The position numbers and the translations under genes are program-made. Below, piece after piece: positions 1 through 11,217 of a DNA stretch of 64,000 bases. The notes beneath the pieces are model-generated. The model saw nothing but the letters and a program-made list of their open reading frames with translations. It was not told the origin of the DNA and ran no database searches. The first letter of the stretch is position 1. Each line of letters begins with the position of its first letter. The stretch is from Planktothrix sp. GU0601_MAG3 (lineage in GTDB: Bacteria; Cyanobacteriota; Cyanobacteriia; Cyanobacteriales; Microcoleaceae): NCBI GenBank assembly GCA_035193785.1, contig CP136572.1, positions 2,580,578 through 2,644,577 of the forward strand. Direction: 5' to 3'.

Positions 1-2
1 CA

Positions 3-632
3 CTTGATTTCGTAAGATTAGGGTTTTTATCGCCAGAAACCAATATTAAACCGATTATTCCTGCCTTGGAAATGGTGTTGGGCGATATAATTGGCACAAG
101 TGTTAAGGATTTTAATTTTAAAACTATTACCGATAGTTTTTCGGAATTGATGTATGAATATCCCTTCCGAGTTCCCGCCCAATTTGCCTTAATTATTCGT
201 TCCTTGGTGACTCAAGAAGGCATTGCTTTGAGTTTGAATCCCAATTTCAAAATTGTGGATGTGGCCTATCCTTATGTTGCTCGTCGATTATTAAATGGTG
301 AAACCCCAGCCCTGCGACGTCGTTTAATTGAAGTATTGTTTAAAGATGGGAAATTCCAATGGCAACGATTAGAAAATATGATTGCGATCGCCCGATCAGA
401 TCGGAATTTTGATCTGTTACCCACGGCGCAATTAGGATTAAAATATTTAATGTCTGATGAAGGAGATTTCCTCCGCCGTCAAATTATTTTGGCCTTAACT
501 GAAGACGATCGTCTCCATACCACAGAAGTTCAACGGTTATGGACTTTAATTCAACCGGATTTAAAACCCAGTCGTTTATTCGATGCAGCTTGGGGAGCGA
601 TCAGTCAGTTATCGGTAATAGGTAATGGGTAA
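3..632 (+). CDS. ABC1/AarF/UbiB-family atypical kinase, C-terminal part (5' end outside window)
   Basis: The frame is open from nt 3 (LDFVRLGFLSPETNIKPIIPALE...). YEYPFRVPAQFALIIRSLVTQEGIALSLNPNFKIVDVAYPYVARRLL is typical of ABC1 kinase C-termini. Confidence 0.85.
   Translation, partial: LDFVRLGFLSPETNIKPIIPALEMVLGDIIGTSVKDFNFKTITDSFSELMYEYPFRVPAQFALIIRSLVTQEGIALSLNPNFKIVDVAYPYVARRLLNGETPALRRRLIEVLFKDGKFQWQRLENMIAIARSDRNFDLLPTAQLGLKYLMSDEGDFLRRQIILALTEDDRLHTTEVQRLWTLIQPDLKPSRLFDAAWGAISQLSVIGNG
384..391. repeat. HIP1 octamer GCGATCGC (one example; about 20 copies seen across the window)
   Basis: Also seen near 4064, 9304, 12621, 22579, 32487, 36921, 41956, 46573, 54919 and 58014. HIP1 over-representation is a cyanobacterial hallmark. 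Confidence 0.9.
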
Positions 633-661
633 TGGGTAATGGTTAATGGTTAATGGGTAAT
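614..661. repeat. STRR-type heptamer tandem repeat (GGTAATG)n
   Basis: About 7 imperfect copies; it overlaps the last codons and stop of the ABC1 gene. Confidence 0.85.
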
Positions 662-683
662 AAAAAGAAATAAAAAGAGTTTA

Positions 684-746
684 CCTCCCCTGCTCCCCCT
701 GCTCCCCCTGCTCCCCCTGCCTCCCCTGCCCTCCCCTGCTCCCCTG
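684..746. repeat. 9-bp tandem repeat (CTCCCCCTG-like) x7
   Basis: Read directly: cctcccctgctccccctgctccccctg... Confidence 0.85.
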
Positions 747-751
747 AATTT

Positions 752-1163
752 ATGTATAATTCTGCTAATCCGCCTTTAGTTTTGCTAGTTGGAGGTTTAT
801 TCATTGGAATAACCTGTTGTACTGCCTTTGTTGTGAATCTCAAGCAGCTTTTAAAAGAATGGTCAAAAAATCGTTTCTAGTCGTAATCTCACTAACCTGC
901 GGGGTTTTCCTATCCTGTTTCCCTTTATAGGAATTGGGTTGGGAATTTGTATTTTTCTGGCTTCCTGTTTAGAGGTTTTTGCCTTTTCAGAAACATTCGC
1001 CTATGGGTTTTCTATTCCCCTAACGGCGTTAATGGCCGGATTAGTTTGGTATCAATTAACTCGATTATTTAACCAATTGGAACAAAAGGGTTTAAGAGGG
1101 ATTGATTTAGACGATTTAAGTTTAGGTAAAATCATCCCTCAACGGAATCCACCTAAGAATTAA
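752..1163 (+). CDS. Conserved cyanobacterial membrane protein (apparent +1 frameshift at ~874)
   Basis: ATG752 gives MYNSANPPLVLLVGGLFIGITCCTAF. Removing one T from GTTTC at 873 joins it to ORF 939-1163 (KNRSSRNLTNLRGFPILFPFIGIGLGIC). Confidence 0.65.
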
Positions 1164-1235
1164 TCGCGGATTAGACGGATTCCACTGATTTCACAGATTA
1201 TAGATTCAACAAACCTCTAATCTGTGGAATCTGTT

Positions 1236-1935
1236 TTAACCCACTAAACGGTTAATATCTTGATTAGAACCGACGACAACAATCATGGTTCCTTTGTAAA
1301 GTTTGCGATTAGAAAGGGGATTAATTTCCATTTTATCCCCTTCATTTTTAATCGCTAAAAGATTTAATCCATAACGGCGACGGAGTTCTAATTCGGCAAT
1401 GGTTTTGCCATCAAATTCATCGGGAACAATCATCTCTACAATACTATGTTCCGCATCGAGTTCAAATTGATCGAGTAGACGGGGGCGAGTCAACTGTCGG
1501 GCTAATTGTTGCCCCATTTCTTGTTCAGGAAATACGACTAAATCCGCACCTACTTTATTTAATAACTTAACATGGGTTTCCGAAGATGCCTTAGCAATTA
1601 CATTGGCAACACCCCCTTCTTTTAAGTTTAAAGTGGTGGTAATACTTTCGGCCAAAAAACTCCCCACGGCGACAATTACCGTATCAAATTCTAAGATTCC
1701 CGCTTCTCTGAGTGCCGAGGTTTCCGTAGAATCTAACAGCAAAGCATGGGAGGCAATTTGCTGACTTAATGCGGAAGTAATGCGTTTTTCCTCTTTATCA
1801 ACGGCCAGAACTTCATAACCACTGGTATGAAGGGTTGAACAAACGGCACTTCCAAACCGACCTAATCCAATCACAGCAAATTGTCTTTTTTCAGTTTCTG
1901 AGATTGCGTAAAAAATTCCAAGATGAGAAGTTCAT
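1236..1935 (-). CDS. ktrA: KtrA/TrkA-family K+ uptake RCK subunit (apparent frameshift at ~1895)
   Basis: GLGRFG Rossmann motif and TrkA_C domain. The N-terminus MNFSSWNFLRNLRTEKRQFAVIG is restored by removing one base at 1894-1898. Confidence 0.9.
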
Positions 1936-1976
1936 ATTATCTATGGTTGTTGCAAGCAGAGTAAAATTTGAGTGGT

Positions 1977-3311
1977 TTATCCCACTAAAAGATTTTCTTC
2001 AGGATAGTCAATCGACGTGGGTTTAGGATCGCCTAAAATAGCGGACATTAACAACAGTACCCCAACCCGTCCCATATACATTGTAGTAATAATAATTAGT
2101 TTACTCAAGGGGGTTAAACTGGCGGTAATTCCCGTAGATAACCCCACCGTCGCAAAGGCAGAAACCACCTCAAACAAAATCGGGGCAAAAGCAATTTCCG
2201 GCTGACTTAAAGAAATCAGAATTGCCGAGATACAAATTACCATAAACGAACCAAATAAAACCCCAATAGCTTTTAAAATTAAAGGGAGTGGAATTTGGCG
2301 TTTATAACAAATCACTTCTTCTCGCCCCTGTAAAGCTGTGCGAGTAGAATTAAATAAAATCCTAACCGTTGTGGTTTTAATCCCGCCTCCAGTTCCCCCT
2401 GGACTAGCGCCAATAAACATCAAAATGATTGAGATAAATAACCCGGCAACGGTCAATTCACCATTATTAATTGTATTAAATCCAGCAGTTCGGGTAGTCA
2501 CCGATTGAAACCAAGCCGCCATTAATTGTTCGGGAAAACTAAGGGGTGCTAGGGTTGACGGGTTGCGATGTTCAGTGAATAATAATAAAACCGTTCCTAA
2601 GACTAATAGAAAAATAGTTGTGGAAGTGACAACTCGGAAATGAATCGAAAAATCACGACGCAGGGGATGACTAGAGAATCGATTACACATCCATAAATAA
2701 AGTTCTTGAATCACTTGATAGCCCATGCCTCCCCAAATAATTAAAAAAGTAATGATAAAATTTAATAGGGGAGAGTCAACATAGCGAATAAAATTATCAG
2801 AGAATAAGCCAAATCCGGCATTGTTGAAGGCATTTATACTATGAAAGAGGGCAAACCATAATCCCTGATTCCATCCCAAATCAGGAACAAATACTAATAA
2901 CAAGAGAAAAACTCCGGTTATTTCAAATAGGGCGGTGGTTGCCACAATAGATTTTAACAAAGGAACGGCCCCCGCTATTCCCGAAGCATCTAAAGATTGT
3001 TGCAGGGCTAATTTATCCTTGAGGCGAAACTTTCGACCTAATACCAACAATAAAAAGGTGGTAACGGTCATGTATCCTAACCCCCCGACCTGCACCAGCA
3101 CCATGATAATCAACTGACCCCAAAATGAGTAGAATTTGCCCACATCCACCACGGATAACCCGGTTACGCAAACCGCAGATGTTGATGTAAATAAAGCAGT
3201 TAGAGGATCACCCCAAGTTCCCGCACTCAGGGAGAAGGGTAACATCAATGAAATTGTCCCAACGGTAATTACCGCGAGGAAACCTAAACCAATTGTTCGA
3301 GATACGGTCAT
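1977..3311 (-). CDS. ktrB: KtrB/TrkH-family K+ uptake membrane subunit
   Basis: Pore-loop motifs SAVCVTGL, FNNAGF, TTRTAGF and SAFATVGLS, plus GTGGGIKTTT. Confidence 0.93.
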   Translation of the reverse strand: MTVSRTIGLGFLAVITVGTISLMLPFSLSAGTWGDPLTALFTSTSAVCVTGLSVVDVGKFYSFWGQLIIMVLVQVGGLGYMTVTTFLLLVLGRKFRLKDKLALQQSLDASGIAGAVPLLKSIVATTALFEITGVFLLLLVFVPDLGWNQGLWFALFHSINAFNNAGFGLFSDNFIRYVDSPLLNFIITFLIIWGGMGYQVIQELYLWMCNRFSSHPLRRDFSIHFRVVTSTTIFLLVLGTVLLLFTEHRNPSTLAPLSFPEQLMAAWFQSVTTRTAGFNTINNGELTVAGLFISIILMFIGASPGGTGGGIKTTTVRILFNSTRTALQGREEVICYKRQIPLPLILKAIGVLFGSFMVICISAILISLSQPEIAFAPILFEVVSAFATVGLSTGITASLTPLSKLIIITTMYMGRVGVLLLMSAILGDPKPTSIDYPEENLLVG

Positions 3312-3421
3312 GGGGTTAGGGTTAATCTTTACGCTAAGTTATCAGACAATTCGGAATCAATAGAATCATACTGTAGAGAGGCTTGCCTAATAGCATCACT
3401 CAAAAATTCTTCTCTTGATTT

Positions 3422-4291
3422 ATGATGAACTCAACACTCTATCAACAAATTCAGCATTTCTATGATTCTTCTTCCGGTTTGTGGGAGAAGATTTGGGGAG
3501 AACATCTGCATCATGGATATTATGGCTTGGATGGCACGCTGAAAAAAGAACGTCGTCAAGCTCAAATTGACTTAATTGAAGAATTTCTGGATTGGGGACT
3601 CACCGCAACCAACCAAGAGGATTTACAAGGGTCTCGAATCCTTGATGTCGGCTGTGGAATTGGGGGAAGTTCCTTATATTTAGCGGAAAAGTTTCAAGCG
3701 GATGTTACCGGAATTACCCTGAGTCCCGTCCAGGCTAAAAGAGCCACGGAACGCGCCCTAGAAGCTCAGTTACAACAAAAAACACAGTTTTTGGTAGCCG
3801 ATGCTTTAGAAATGCCTTTCGAGAGCAATAGCTTTGATTTGGTGTGGTCTTTAGAAAGTGCTGAACACTTCCCGAATAAAATTCAGTTTTTGCGGGAAGC
3901 CTATCGAGTCTTGAAACCCGGGGGGAGTTTGTTACTAGCCACTTGGTGTCATCGTCCCTTGGGGGGAGAAGCCGGACAACTCACCGAGGAGGAACGGCGA
4001 CATTTGGCAGACATTTATCGGGTTTATGCCTTACCCTATGTGATTGCTTTGCCTGAATATGAAGCGATCGCAACGGATCAAGGGTTTAACAATATTCAAA
4101 CAGCCGACTGGTCAAAGGCCGTGGCCCCCTTTTGGAATACGGTAATTGATTCCGCCTTTAACCTGAATGCCATCATGGGCTTGCTCTTGAGTGGCCCCAC
4201 AACGATTCAAGCCGCCCTAGCCTTACCCTTGATGAGTCGAGGCTATGAGACCGGACTGATTCGTTTTGGTGTATTGCAAGGGCAAAAATAA
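3422..4291 (+). CDS. SAM-dependent methyltransferase, gamma-tocopherol methyltransferase-like
   Basis: FYDSSSGLWEKIWGEHLHHGYY, ILDVGCGIGGSS, FDLVWSLESAEHFP and ATWCHR motifs. Confidence 0.85.
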   Translation: MMNSTLYQQIQHFYDSSSGLWEKIWGEHLHHGYYGLDGTLKKERRQAQIDLIEEFLDWGLTATNQEDLQGSRILDVGCGIGGSSLYLAEKFQADVTGITLSPVQAKRATERALEAQLQQKTQFLVADALEMPFESNSFDLVWSLESAEHFPNKIQFLREAYRVLKPGGSLLLATWCHRPLGGEAGQLTEEERRHLADIYRVYALPYVIALPEYEAIATDQGFNNIQTADWSKAVAPFWNTVIDSAFNLNAIMGLLLSGPTTIQAALALPLMSRGYETGLIRFGVLQGQK

Positions 4292-4316
4292 ATCCAGAGG
4301 TGTGAATCAATCCCAA

Positions 4317-5297
4317 TTAAAACCGATAAACCTGGCCATCAATTAATAGCCGGGTAATTCCTTTAGCTTGTAAATAGGGAGCCGCTTTTCTCAGGAGTCG
4401 GCCATCGGGGACTTTAAACACCCGTTGGTTGCGTCCAGAAAAACGACTGGCTATCCGGTGATTATCAAATACGGGAAGGGTTTGTTCTAGGATTTCTTCC
4501 TCTGGAATCGTTCCCAACTCGCTGAAGGTTTTCAGGGGTTTAGCAATCAATTCCGAGAATCGGTCAATCACTAAATAACAGGTTCTCGGAAGTACAGTTT
4601 CCGTTAAGGGCAAAATTTTGACTAATACAGAACCTCCACTGGCCAGTGCCGGGGAAAATAGACCCCGAGGTTCTGTATCATCATCATCCTGATCATCGGT
4701 GAACTCGTCTCCATAGTCCTCCTCGTCCTCCTCGTCCTCCCCATCCCTGGGATCTGAATTAGAGTCTTCTCCATCCTCCTGAATATCCTCATCGGCATCA
4801 TAGTCCCCAAAAGCATGACCCTTGACTTCCAGCCGATCCGGGGAGAATAGCCCTTCTAAGCCGGGAATTGATAACTGATAATTAGAGAGAGAAATTTGTA
4901 GAGAATCTGGCCCTGGGGAATCAGAAGGAGTAGAGTTCAAAACCTCCTGATCAAAAGCAGATGATTGCTTACGCTTGCGAGGCAAAATTAGCGTAGATTC
5001 CCGGCTTACAGGTTCGGGTGTTTCTTGGTGAACTTCCCCTTGAGATTCATCTCCATCCACCACATCTTCCAAGGAACGTTTCCCCAGACGATGAAGACGC
5101 TGTTTCTGGGTCGTCAGAAGATCATAGACATCTTTAGGAACTGCACTTTGCAGGACTCGTCTCACCGTTGAACTACTGACCCCATAGCGTTCAGCCAGAG
5201 TAATCGTGGTTTCCTCCGGCACGTCCTGATAGAGTCTAATAATTTCCTGTTTTTCCGATTCAGAAAGTTTCGTGGATGTCATTGAGTTGGGAGTCAC
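4317..5297 (-). CDS. Conserved cyanobacterial protein: N-terminal HTH, acidic linker, conserved C-terminal domain
   Basis: LAERYGVSSSTVRRVL HTH, a D/E-rich tract, and C-terminal LPRTCYLVIDRFSELIAKPL...KGITRLLIDGQVY. Confidence 0.7.
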   Translation of the reverse strand: MTPNSMTSTKLSESEKQEIIRLYQDVPEETTITLAERYGVSSSTVRRVLQSAVPKDVYDLLTTQKQRLHRLGKRSLEDVVDGDESQGEVHQETPEPVSRESTLILPRKRKQSSAFDQEVLNSTPSDSPGPDSLQISLSNYQLSIPGLEGLFSPDRLEVKGHAFGDYDADEDIQEDGEDSNSDPRDGEDEEDEEDYGDEFTDDQDDDDTEPRGLFSPALASGGSVLVKILPLTETVLPRTCYLVIDRFSELIAKPLKTFSELGTIPEEEILEQTLPVFDNHRIASRFSGRNQRVFKVPDGRLLRKAAPYLQAKGITRLLIDGQVYRF

Positions 5298-5433
5298 GTG
5301 ATTATAGAAGGATTAAGGTTCACACAAAGCCAAGGGATTTCCTACCCGGCCTCCGTGATTGACGGGGGAAAAGGATTGAACGAGAGTTCCATCAATCTAT
5401 GGTTAAAGATCAAAACCCCAATCATTCTATCAA

Positions 5434-6469
5434 TTAACCTTTAGCTGCGCGTCGGCTCCGTCGGCTTTGACGGGAACGGGTTGAGATGTCGTACTCCAAA
5501 ATCGCTCCCACGGCAAATAGAACCCCCGTGAATACAAAGAATACTTCTAACAAACCGCCACTTTCATATTCACCCGACCCTTGGGAGTCAGCCCATTTGA
5601 AATACATATCAGCAATGTAGAGGGAGAAAATGGCAAAGGCAATCATCCGCCAGGACTGGGAAAACCGTCCTCCCCAAAAGGCTAAAATCAAAGCCGTTGC
5701 TAAAATCAACAGGAAAACATCCCCGATGATGTAGAACAAATTGAATCCAAAAGCCAGGGGTTCAAGTTTGTTATCAATTGCCTCTACCCAGAGGGGGGCA
5801 GAAGAATTCTCCTTCTCCGAGTCGGCGTCGGGGGAAATTTCGGCCGTAGATTTCTCAACCTTGGGCGCGGAAACCCCCGGGGCGGTCGCAGCAGGAGTAG
5901 AAACCGATTGTTCAATAGCCACGGGTTCGGAAGTACCAAGTAATCCAAACAAGTTGGGACTGGCAACCCACATTCCAAATGTGGTTCCCACCAGGGCTAC
6001 CCCAAGTAATATTAACCACTGATTAATATCTAAATCCAATCGTTTAGAGATGACGGCCAGAATCATTCCCGCTGCCAGAAAAAGATAGCTGAGAACGTAA
6101 AAACCATCGGCAATGGAAACCGCCGGATCTAAATGCCAGGCCAGTTTCCCACACCCCAAACAGGACACCCCCGACAAAGTAGAAAAATACCCCCAACCCA
6201 ATACAGAGCCAAACATTACGACCGCTCACCATCTGGGGACTTTGCCAGTTTCTATAACAGACAAGGGAGGCGGCTAGAAATGCCCCCAATTCAAAAAAAT
6301 AGGTTCCGATGGAGTACCACGGGGGTAACTCCTCTCCTTGTACCGTTACACTAAACAGCAGAAAAAATAACAAGGCAAGAACAGCCCACACAATCCCGGC
6401 AATCACCATACCCTGTGATGAAAACAAGGTGGCAGATAAAGAGGACTTTTCTTGTGAAGTGCTACCCAT
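5434..6469 (-). CDS. Multi-pass membrane protein (apparent frameshift at ~6145)
   Basis: ORFs 6044-6508 and 5434-6216 join as GVWE-LAWHLDPAVSIADGFY after removing one base; several hydrophobic segments. Confidence 0.7.
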
Positions 6470-6603
6470 AGGATTAAAATACCTAGCAATTTGGAGAATC
6501 AAGACCAAGTTTAGAGGCTGATCGTTGTTAACTTCAGCATTTAAACAATTGTCTCTAGTCTAGCGTCCCATATTTAGGTCAGAACAGCTAGTCTATATTT
6601 GGG

Positions 6604-7275
6604 TTAATTCATGACCCATTGCTTGCCCAAAGATGATTGGTGCAACCAACTGACAAACTGCTCGCGATCATCATCATTCATATCCTCTAGCACTTCTTCT
6701 ATGCCCTCCGCAAAACTGGTATTGCCAAAATAGTTTTTTCCCAGTTCATAGAGTTCTTGCAGCAAGGTGCTGAGGTGATTTTCTTGCCAAGAGGGAATTT
6801 TGAGGCTCTCCAGGGGATTGACAGTCAGTAAAATTTCTATGGCTTTGGAATCATCGGTTTGGGGAAACTTGAACTTTTGGAAAATTTTGGTCAAATCTTT
6901 TTGAAAGGAAACCGCTTGTTTTGAGCCTAGCAAGTCTTCAATATCAAAATAAACCGCTTGCAATAGCAGCAAGCAGGCTTGGGTCAGAATCGGCAATTTG
7001 CTGTCTGTTGGGCCGTGACCATCTTTTAAAAGCTGGTCTAAACGGACTTTCCCCCAGACACTATATCTGTCTGGTTCTTCTAATAAAACACAGGCTTTTC
7101 CTTTATTATCAGTGAGATCTCGCCATAAAGCCCTAGCATCATCTGCTTGTTTGGCTTCAAACATTTTCATCAGGCGAAATGTCTGTCCCTGATAATTCAA
7201 AACAGGGATCTGCTGCTCTCGGTTAGGGTGTTGAACCATGGTTATTTCAACATCCGCTCGTTTTAATATAAACAT
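6604..7275 (-). CDS. Conserved cyanobacterial protein (Npun_F0813-like)
   Basis: Likely start MFILKRADVEI; contains YQGQTFRL...WRDLTDNKGKACVLLEEPDRYSVWGKV. Confidence 0.7.
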   Translation of the reverse strand: MFILKRADVEITMVQHPNREQQIPVLNYQGQTFRLMKMFEAKQADDARALWRDLTDNKGKACVLLEEPDRYSVWGKVRLDQLLKDGHGPTDSKLPILTQACLLLLQAVYFDIEDLLGSKQAVSFQKDLTKIFQKFKFPQTDDSKAIEILLTVNPLESLKIPSWQENHLSTLLQELYELGKNYFGNTSFAEGIEEVLEDMNDDDREQFVSWLHQSSLGKQWVMN

Positions 7276-7714
7276 GACACTTCTGCACCTACTCCTGTCA
7301 TGGCACCCGGCTTTGACACTCTCGGTAAATTCGCTATGTGCTGATTTACTGAGATTTTTAAGACTCCAAACCCGGATTCTTAAAGGCGTAGTCAAGGCGC
7401 CCCCGGCAATTTCACCTTGATCCAATGCCAATGTTATTTATCGTTACGATCATTAATAACACTGGTTGCACCATTACAGTCTGCATTAATATTGATCTGG
7501 GTTGCAGTTCTGTTTAAAACACCACTGATCATAACATAGGCACCAACAAGACGGAAATAAAAGGGCATCGGGATTAATAATTCTGCACTTGGCCTGACTA
7601 GGGGCGGTCTTTATCAAAAATTTTTCCCTTTGGCTTTCTTCTGGGACTTGAGAAAAAGTCTTTTGAGATTATGTGAACAATTTAGCACCGAATCAGGTAA
7701 AATATTTCTAGGTT

Positions 7715-7788
7715 GGGTGTGTAACTCAGGTGGATAGAGTAGCGACCTTCTAAGTCGTCTGTCGGGGGTTCGAATCCCTCCACACCCG
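7715..7788 (+). tRNA. tRNA-Arg (anticodon UCU)
   Basis: Acceptor stem GGGTGTG/CACACCC, anticodon arm GCGAC-CTTCTAA-GTCGT, T-arm GGGGG-TTCGAAT-CCCTC. No encoded CCA. Confidence 0.93.
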
Positions 7789-7924
7789 CTAATTTTCAAA
7801 AATTACAGGCCCCCAAATTTTTCCCCAAAATGTCTACGCCATGTCCACCGATTTTGCATGGACATCATCCCGGATGGGTTAGGCAGCGAGGACGCATGAA
7901 TACGCCCCTGCTATGCGTTGTGAA

Positions 7925-8705
7925 TTAAACACCCACCCGACGCTGTTCTAATACTACTTCAAAACCTTCTCCGGGCTGGGGGTTAAGTACCCGGGTGGAT
8001 AGATTTTCCTTGGCTAACATAGACCGAAAATCCTCTAAATTACCACTCACTTTTAATAAGGAAACTAACAACCCTTCATAGACCACATCCCCGGCGGCGG
8101 CGGTGGGTAACATCACCTGGGGACTGACTAATTTAGCTAACTCTAGGGCTGTTTTTTGTCCCCGAATAATTGGCCCAATTAAAGGTAAACTAATGTCAAT
8201 TAATGGAGTAATCACAACATCAATTGGAGCCAGTTCTTTTAACTGAGAATGATGATATCCATGGGGTTCATAATAAACCGTATTTTCTGTGATTAAATCC
8301 TTCAAAACATAGGCATTTTCAATGGTTGTTGGGCCGATAGGAGAGCCCGGAAGGGATTTAATTTCGACCTGATTTTCTAAACAATAGGTGGCTCCATGTT
8401 CCAAAGCATGAACTTGAGTATATCCTAAGTCTTGGACAAGTTTTGCCGCTCCCGGAGAAACCCACAACTGGGATATTTTTATTCAGTTGTTTTAAGGTTT
8501 CAGGATGGGCATGATCTTCCAGGCCCTGAGATAATAAAATCAAGTCGATCTTTTGGGGAATAGGTCGGGGATGTCGTCTTTCCCCCTTAAATAACCAATT
8601 TTGATTCCCAAAGGTTAGTGCACCGACTAACCAAGGGTCAATCAAAATTTGTTTTCCGCCTATTTCCAGTAACCAAGAATTACTATCGAGCCAGGTAAAA
8701 TACAT
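7925..8705 (-). CDS. MBL-fold metallo-hydrolase (apparent frameshift at ~8458)
   Basis: TWLDSNSWLL..ILIDPWLVG..LLSQGLEDHAH in ORF 8358-8705 joins ORF 7925-8467 as IPVVGSPGAA. Confidence 0.85.
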
Positions 8706-8860
8706 AGGGGTTGATTCTATTAGATCACTACTATTGTAGAAAAAAATAAAAAAATTGGGGAGTATTCCAGGTAATTAGGATATCAACAAGACCATCAAAC
8801 CCGATCCGATTTGGACTTTTTCTCAAAAATCCCCATGGTTTATAGTAAGATTGCCCATAC

Positions 8861-10033
8861 TTAATTAGTGAGTAATTGTTGATAAAAGATTAGTAATTCC
8901 TGAGCGAGTGCCCTATTGGTGTAGTGGGTCATGGCTCGTTGATATCCTTTTTCTCCTAACTGTTTTGCTAATTTTGGATCGGTGATTAACTGTTTCAGAC
9001 TATTTTGTAATGCTTGATCATTTCCTTCAGGAAATATTAATCCGGTATCTGCAATAACATGGGGAATTTCACCGGAGTCGGAGCCAATTACGGGAACTTG
9101 ACAAGCCATGGCTTCGATTAAAACATGACCAAATTGTTCTTTCCACCCGGCGGCGGTTAGGGTTTTAAATTTGTAGGTGGTTTCTGATGGTAAAACTAGG
9201 GTATTCATCAGGTTAATATAGCGTTGTACCTGATCATGGGGAACACTTTCTATTAAGATTAATCGGTCTTGAAATCCAAATTTTTCGGCTATTTCTAGGA
9301 GTTGCGATCGCAATTCTCCCCGACCCAATAATACCCATTTCCAAGGATAGTCTTTTAATCCAGATAAAGATTTTGCTAAAGTCATTAATCCTTTTTCTTC
9401 AACAAAACGCCCCACAAATCCCACTACAAATTCATCGTCTTTAATCCCTAATTCGGCTTTTAATTCCGGTTGAGGTTCGGGTTTGAATAACTGTTCATCA
9501 ATGCCTAATTGGGGCATAACTTCGATGGGTTTATTATATCCTTTTTGGCGTAAAATATCTTTGCCATCTTGATTTCCCACTACAATTCCATCGGTATATT
9601 TTAGGTTATAGGCTTCTAGGAGAGAAACGGGAAATTTTAACTGATAGGGTAAATTCCACCAAGTAAAAAAGATGTTTTTGGCTTTTAAACCCAAAAGATT
9701 ATTTAAGGTGATAAATTGACTATAGGTTAGGGCTTTAGAACCCTGTTCAACTTGAATAATATCGGGTTTAAAGGTTTTCAAAAGAGAGACTAAATCTAAC
9801 CCAAAGGTGAGTAAACCTTGATTATTTTGACTGAAATTAGAAATTGGAACAACTTTAAAGTTACCTTCATCTAAATATTGGGATTCAATAATTTTATTCT
9901 GAACGCCTCCGGGTCGCCAACGTTTGGGAACAACAATTGTTACTTCTATATTGGGTTGTAAACGGGCTAAGGCTCTAAATTTTTCTCGGTTTAAGTCAAC
10001 AATATAGGTATGGCTGGCTACTAAAATTTTCAT
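8861..10033 (-). CDS. hpsO: GT4 glycosyltransferase, hormogonium polysaccharide HpsO-like
   Basis: MKILVASHTYIVDLN...RWRPGGVQN N-terminus, EQFGHVLIEAMAC motif, and position downstream of hpsL/hpsN. Confidence 0.8.
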   Translation of the reverse strand: MKILVASHTYIVDLNREKFRALARLQPNIEVTIVVPKRWRPGGVQNKIIESQYLDEGNFKVVPISNFSQNNQGLLTFGLDLVSLLKTFKPDIIQVEQGSKALTYSQFITLNNLLGLKAKNIFFTWWNLPYQLKFPVSLLEAYNLKYTDGIVVGNQDGKDILRQKGYNKPIEVMPQLGIDEQLFKPEPQPELKAELGIKDDEFVVGFVGRFVEEKGLMTLAKSLSGLKDYPWKWVLLGRGELRSQLLEIAEKFGFQDRLILIESVPHDQVQRYINLMNTLVLPSETTYKFKTLTAAGWKEQFGHVLIEAMACQVPVIGSDSGEIPHVIADTGLIFPEGNDQALQNSLKQLITDPKLAKQLGEKGYQRAMTHYTNRALAQELLIFYQQLLTN

Positions 10034-10092
10034 AGGTTTTTTCTATTTTTAATCTTTTTACTGTTGTTGGGCTTTAGCCCCTCTTATAAGAT

Positions 10093-10135
10093 TTGCGCTG
10101 AAGCGCAACAACGGCGCAACAACGGCGCAACAACG
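10093..10135. repeat. Short palindrome TTGCGCTGAAGCGCAA plus 11-bp tandem (GCGCAACAACG)x3; a related inverted single copy lies at ~21598-21620
   Basis: Read directly; the second copy is ccccgttgttgcgcttaagcgca. Confidence 0.7.
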
Positions 10136-10138
10136 GGG

Positions 10139-11125
10139 TTAGGGGTCTTGTTGGGTGTAGATTTGTCCTTGATCCCAGAGGGAGGTGATCCAGGTTCCTA
10201 GGGCCTTAGTTAAGCCTAATATATAGAAGAATAAACGACTAATAATTTTTAGAGGAGAACCACTTTTATTACAGGGAGGATGTCCTAAAACATGACAATC
10301 AAATAGTTTAGCAAAAAAGCGGAAACATTGACCCGGAGTTAGGTTTTTTAACCCCATTAAGAAGTGATTATGATAAAAGGTAATCTGATATTTTACAGAA
10401 CGGGTACTCATGTCATGGCAGCCTCCGACTTCTTCTCCTAAATGAATTAAATGGGCTTCTGGATCATACCAAATAACATAACCTGTTTGTCTTATTCTTA
10501 AACAAAAATCCGATTCTTCCCGTACCGCACTCCCTTTAAATCGTTCATCAAAGGTTAAACCAAATTGCTCAAAAATTTCTCGCCGGAAGGACATATTACA
10601 TCCTCTGGCGGAAATAACTTGTTGGGGTTTAATGGTATGAACTAAATCCAGATGATACCAAGCAATACCAGGATCTTGAGCTTCGGGAGGTAAGTTTTCA
10701 ATGGTTAATCCTCCCCCAGAATCGCTTAATTTCATCCGATCAAAAACTCGTCCTGCAACGGCTCCAATTTTCTCTGGTGCGGCGGTTTCTCCTGGGATAT
10801 AATTGCGAGCATGAGCCATTAAAAATCCTTCGGGAAGTTGCACATCATCATCAATAAATAGGAGAATATCTCCTTGAGAACGTCGGACGGCGTAATTCCT
10901 AGCCCCGGGTAAACTCGCCCAATCTAAATGATACCATTTAATTTTTCCAGCTTGGGTTAACTGTTCTAAATAGGCTTGGGTTTCGGGTTCATGGGTGGGG
11001 GTTTGATCGACGACTAAAACTTCAAAATTGGGATAGGTTTGTTGTAATACTTCTGCTAAGGTTTCGCGTAATACTTGTTCACGGTTATAGGTGGGAATGA
11101 TCACAGAAATTAAAGGTAAATTCAT
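10139..11125 (-). CDS. hpsN: GT2 glycosyltransferase, HpsN-like
   Basis: ISVIIPTYNRE, LFIDDD, ARGCNMSFRRE and AVREESDFC motifs. Confidence 0.8.
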   Translation of the reverse strand: MNLPLISVIIPTYNREQVLRETLAEVLQQTYPNFEVLVVDQTPTHEPETQAYLEQLTQAGKIKWYHLDWASLPGARNYAVRRSQGDILLFIDDDVQLPEGFLMAHARNYIPGETAAPEKIGAVAGRVFDRMKLSDSGGGLTIENLPPEAQDPGIAWYHLDLVHTIKPQQVISARGCNMSFRREIFEQFGLTFDERFKGSAVREESDFCLRIRQTGYVIWYDPEAHLIHLGEEVGGCHDMSTRSVKYQITFYHNHFLMGLKNLTPGQCFRFFAKLFDCHVLGHPPCNKSGSPLKIISRLFFYILGLTKALGTWITSLWDQGQIYTQQDP

Positions 11126-11217
11126 TAATTTTTCTCCTAATATTAGTTAAATATTGATTTGATAGTTTGTCTAAAAAATTGATCTAAATGCACCCACCTA
11201 ATTATTAACAGGATTAT

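Noticed and set aside
643..843. 66-aa ORF with GAGGAG repeats
   Set aside because: It derives from 9-bp and 7-bp tandem repeats and overlaps a better gene on the opposite strand.
4317..5297. Transposase (because of the N-terminal HTH)
   Set aside because: No DDE or HUH catalytic motifs, terminal repeats or target duplication were seen.
7715..7788. tRNA-Arg as an island or prophage attachment site
   Set aside because: I saw no integrase and no duplicated tRNA 3' end in the window.
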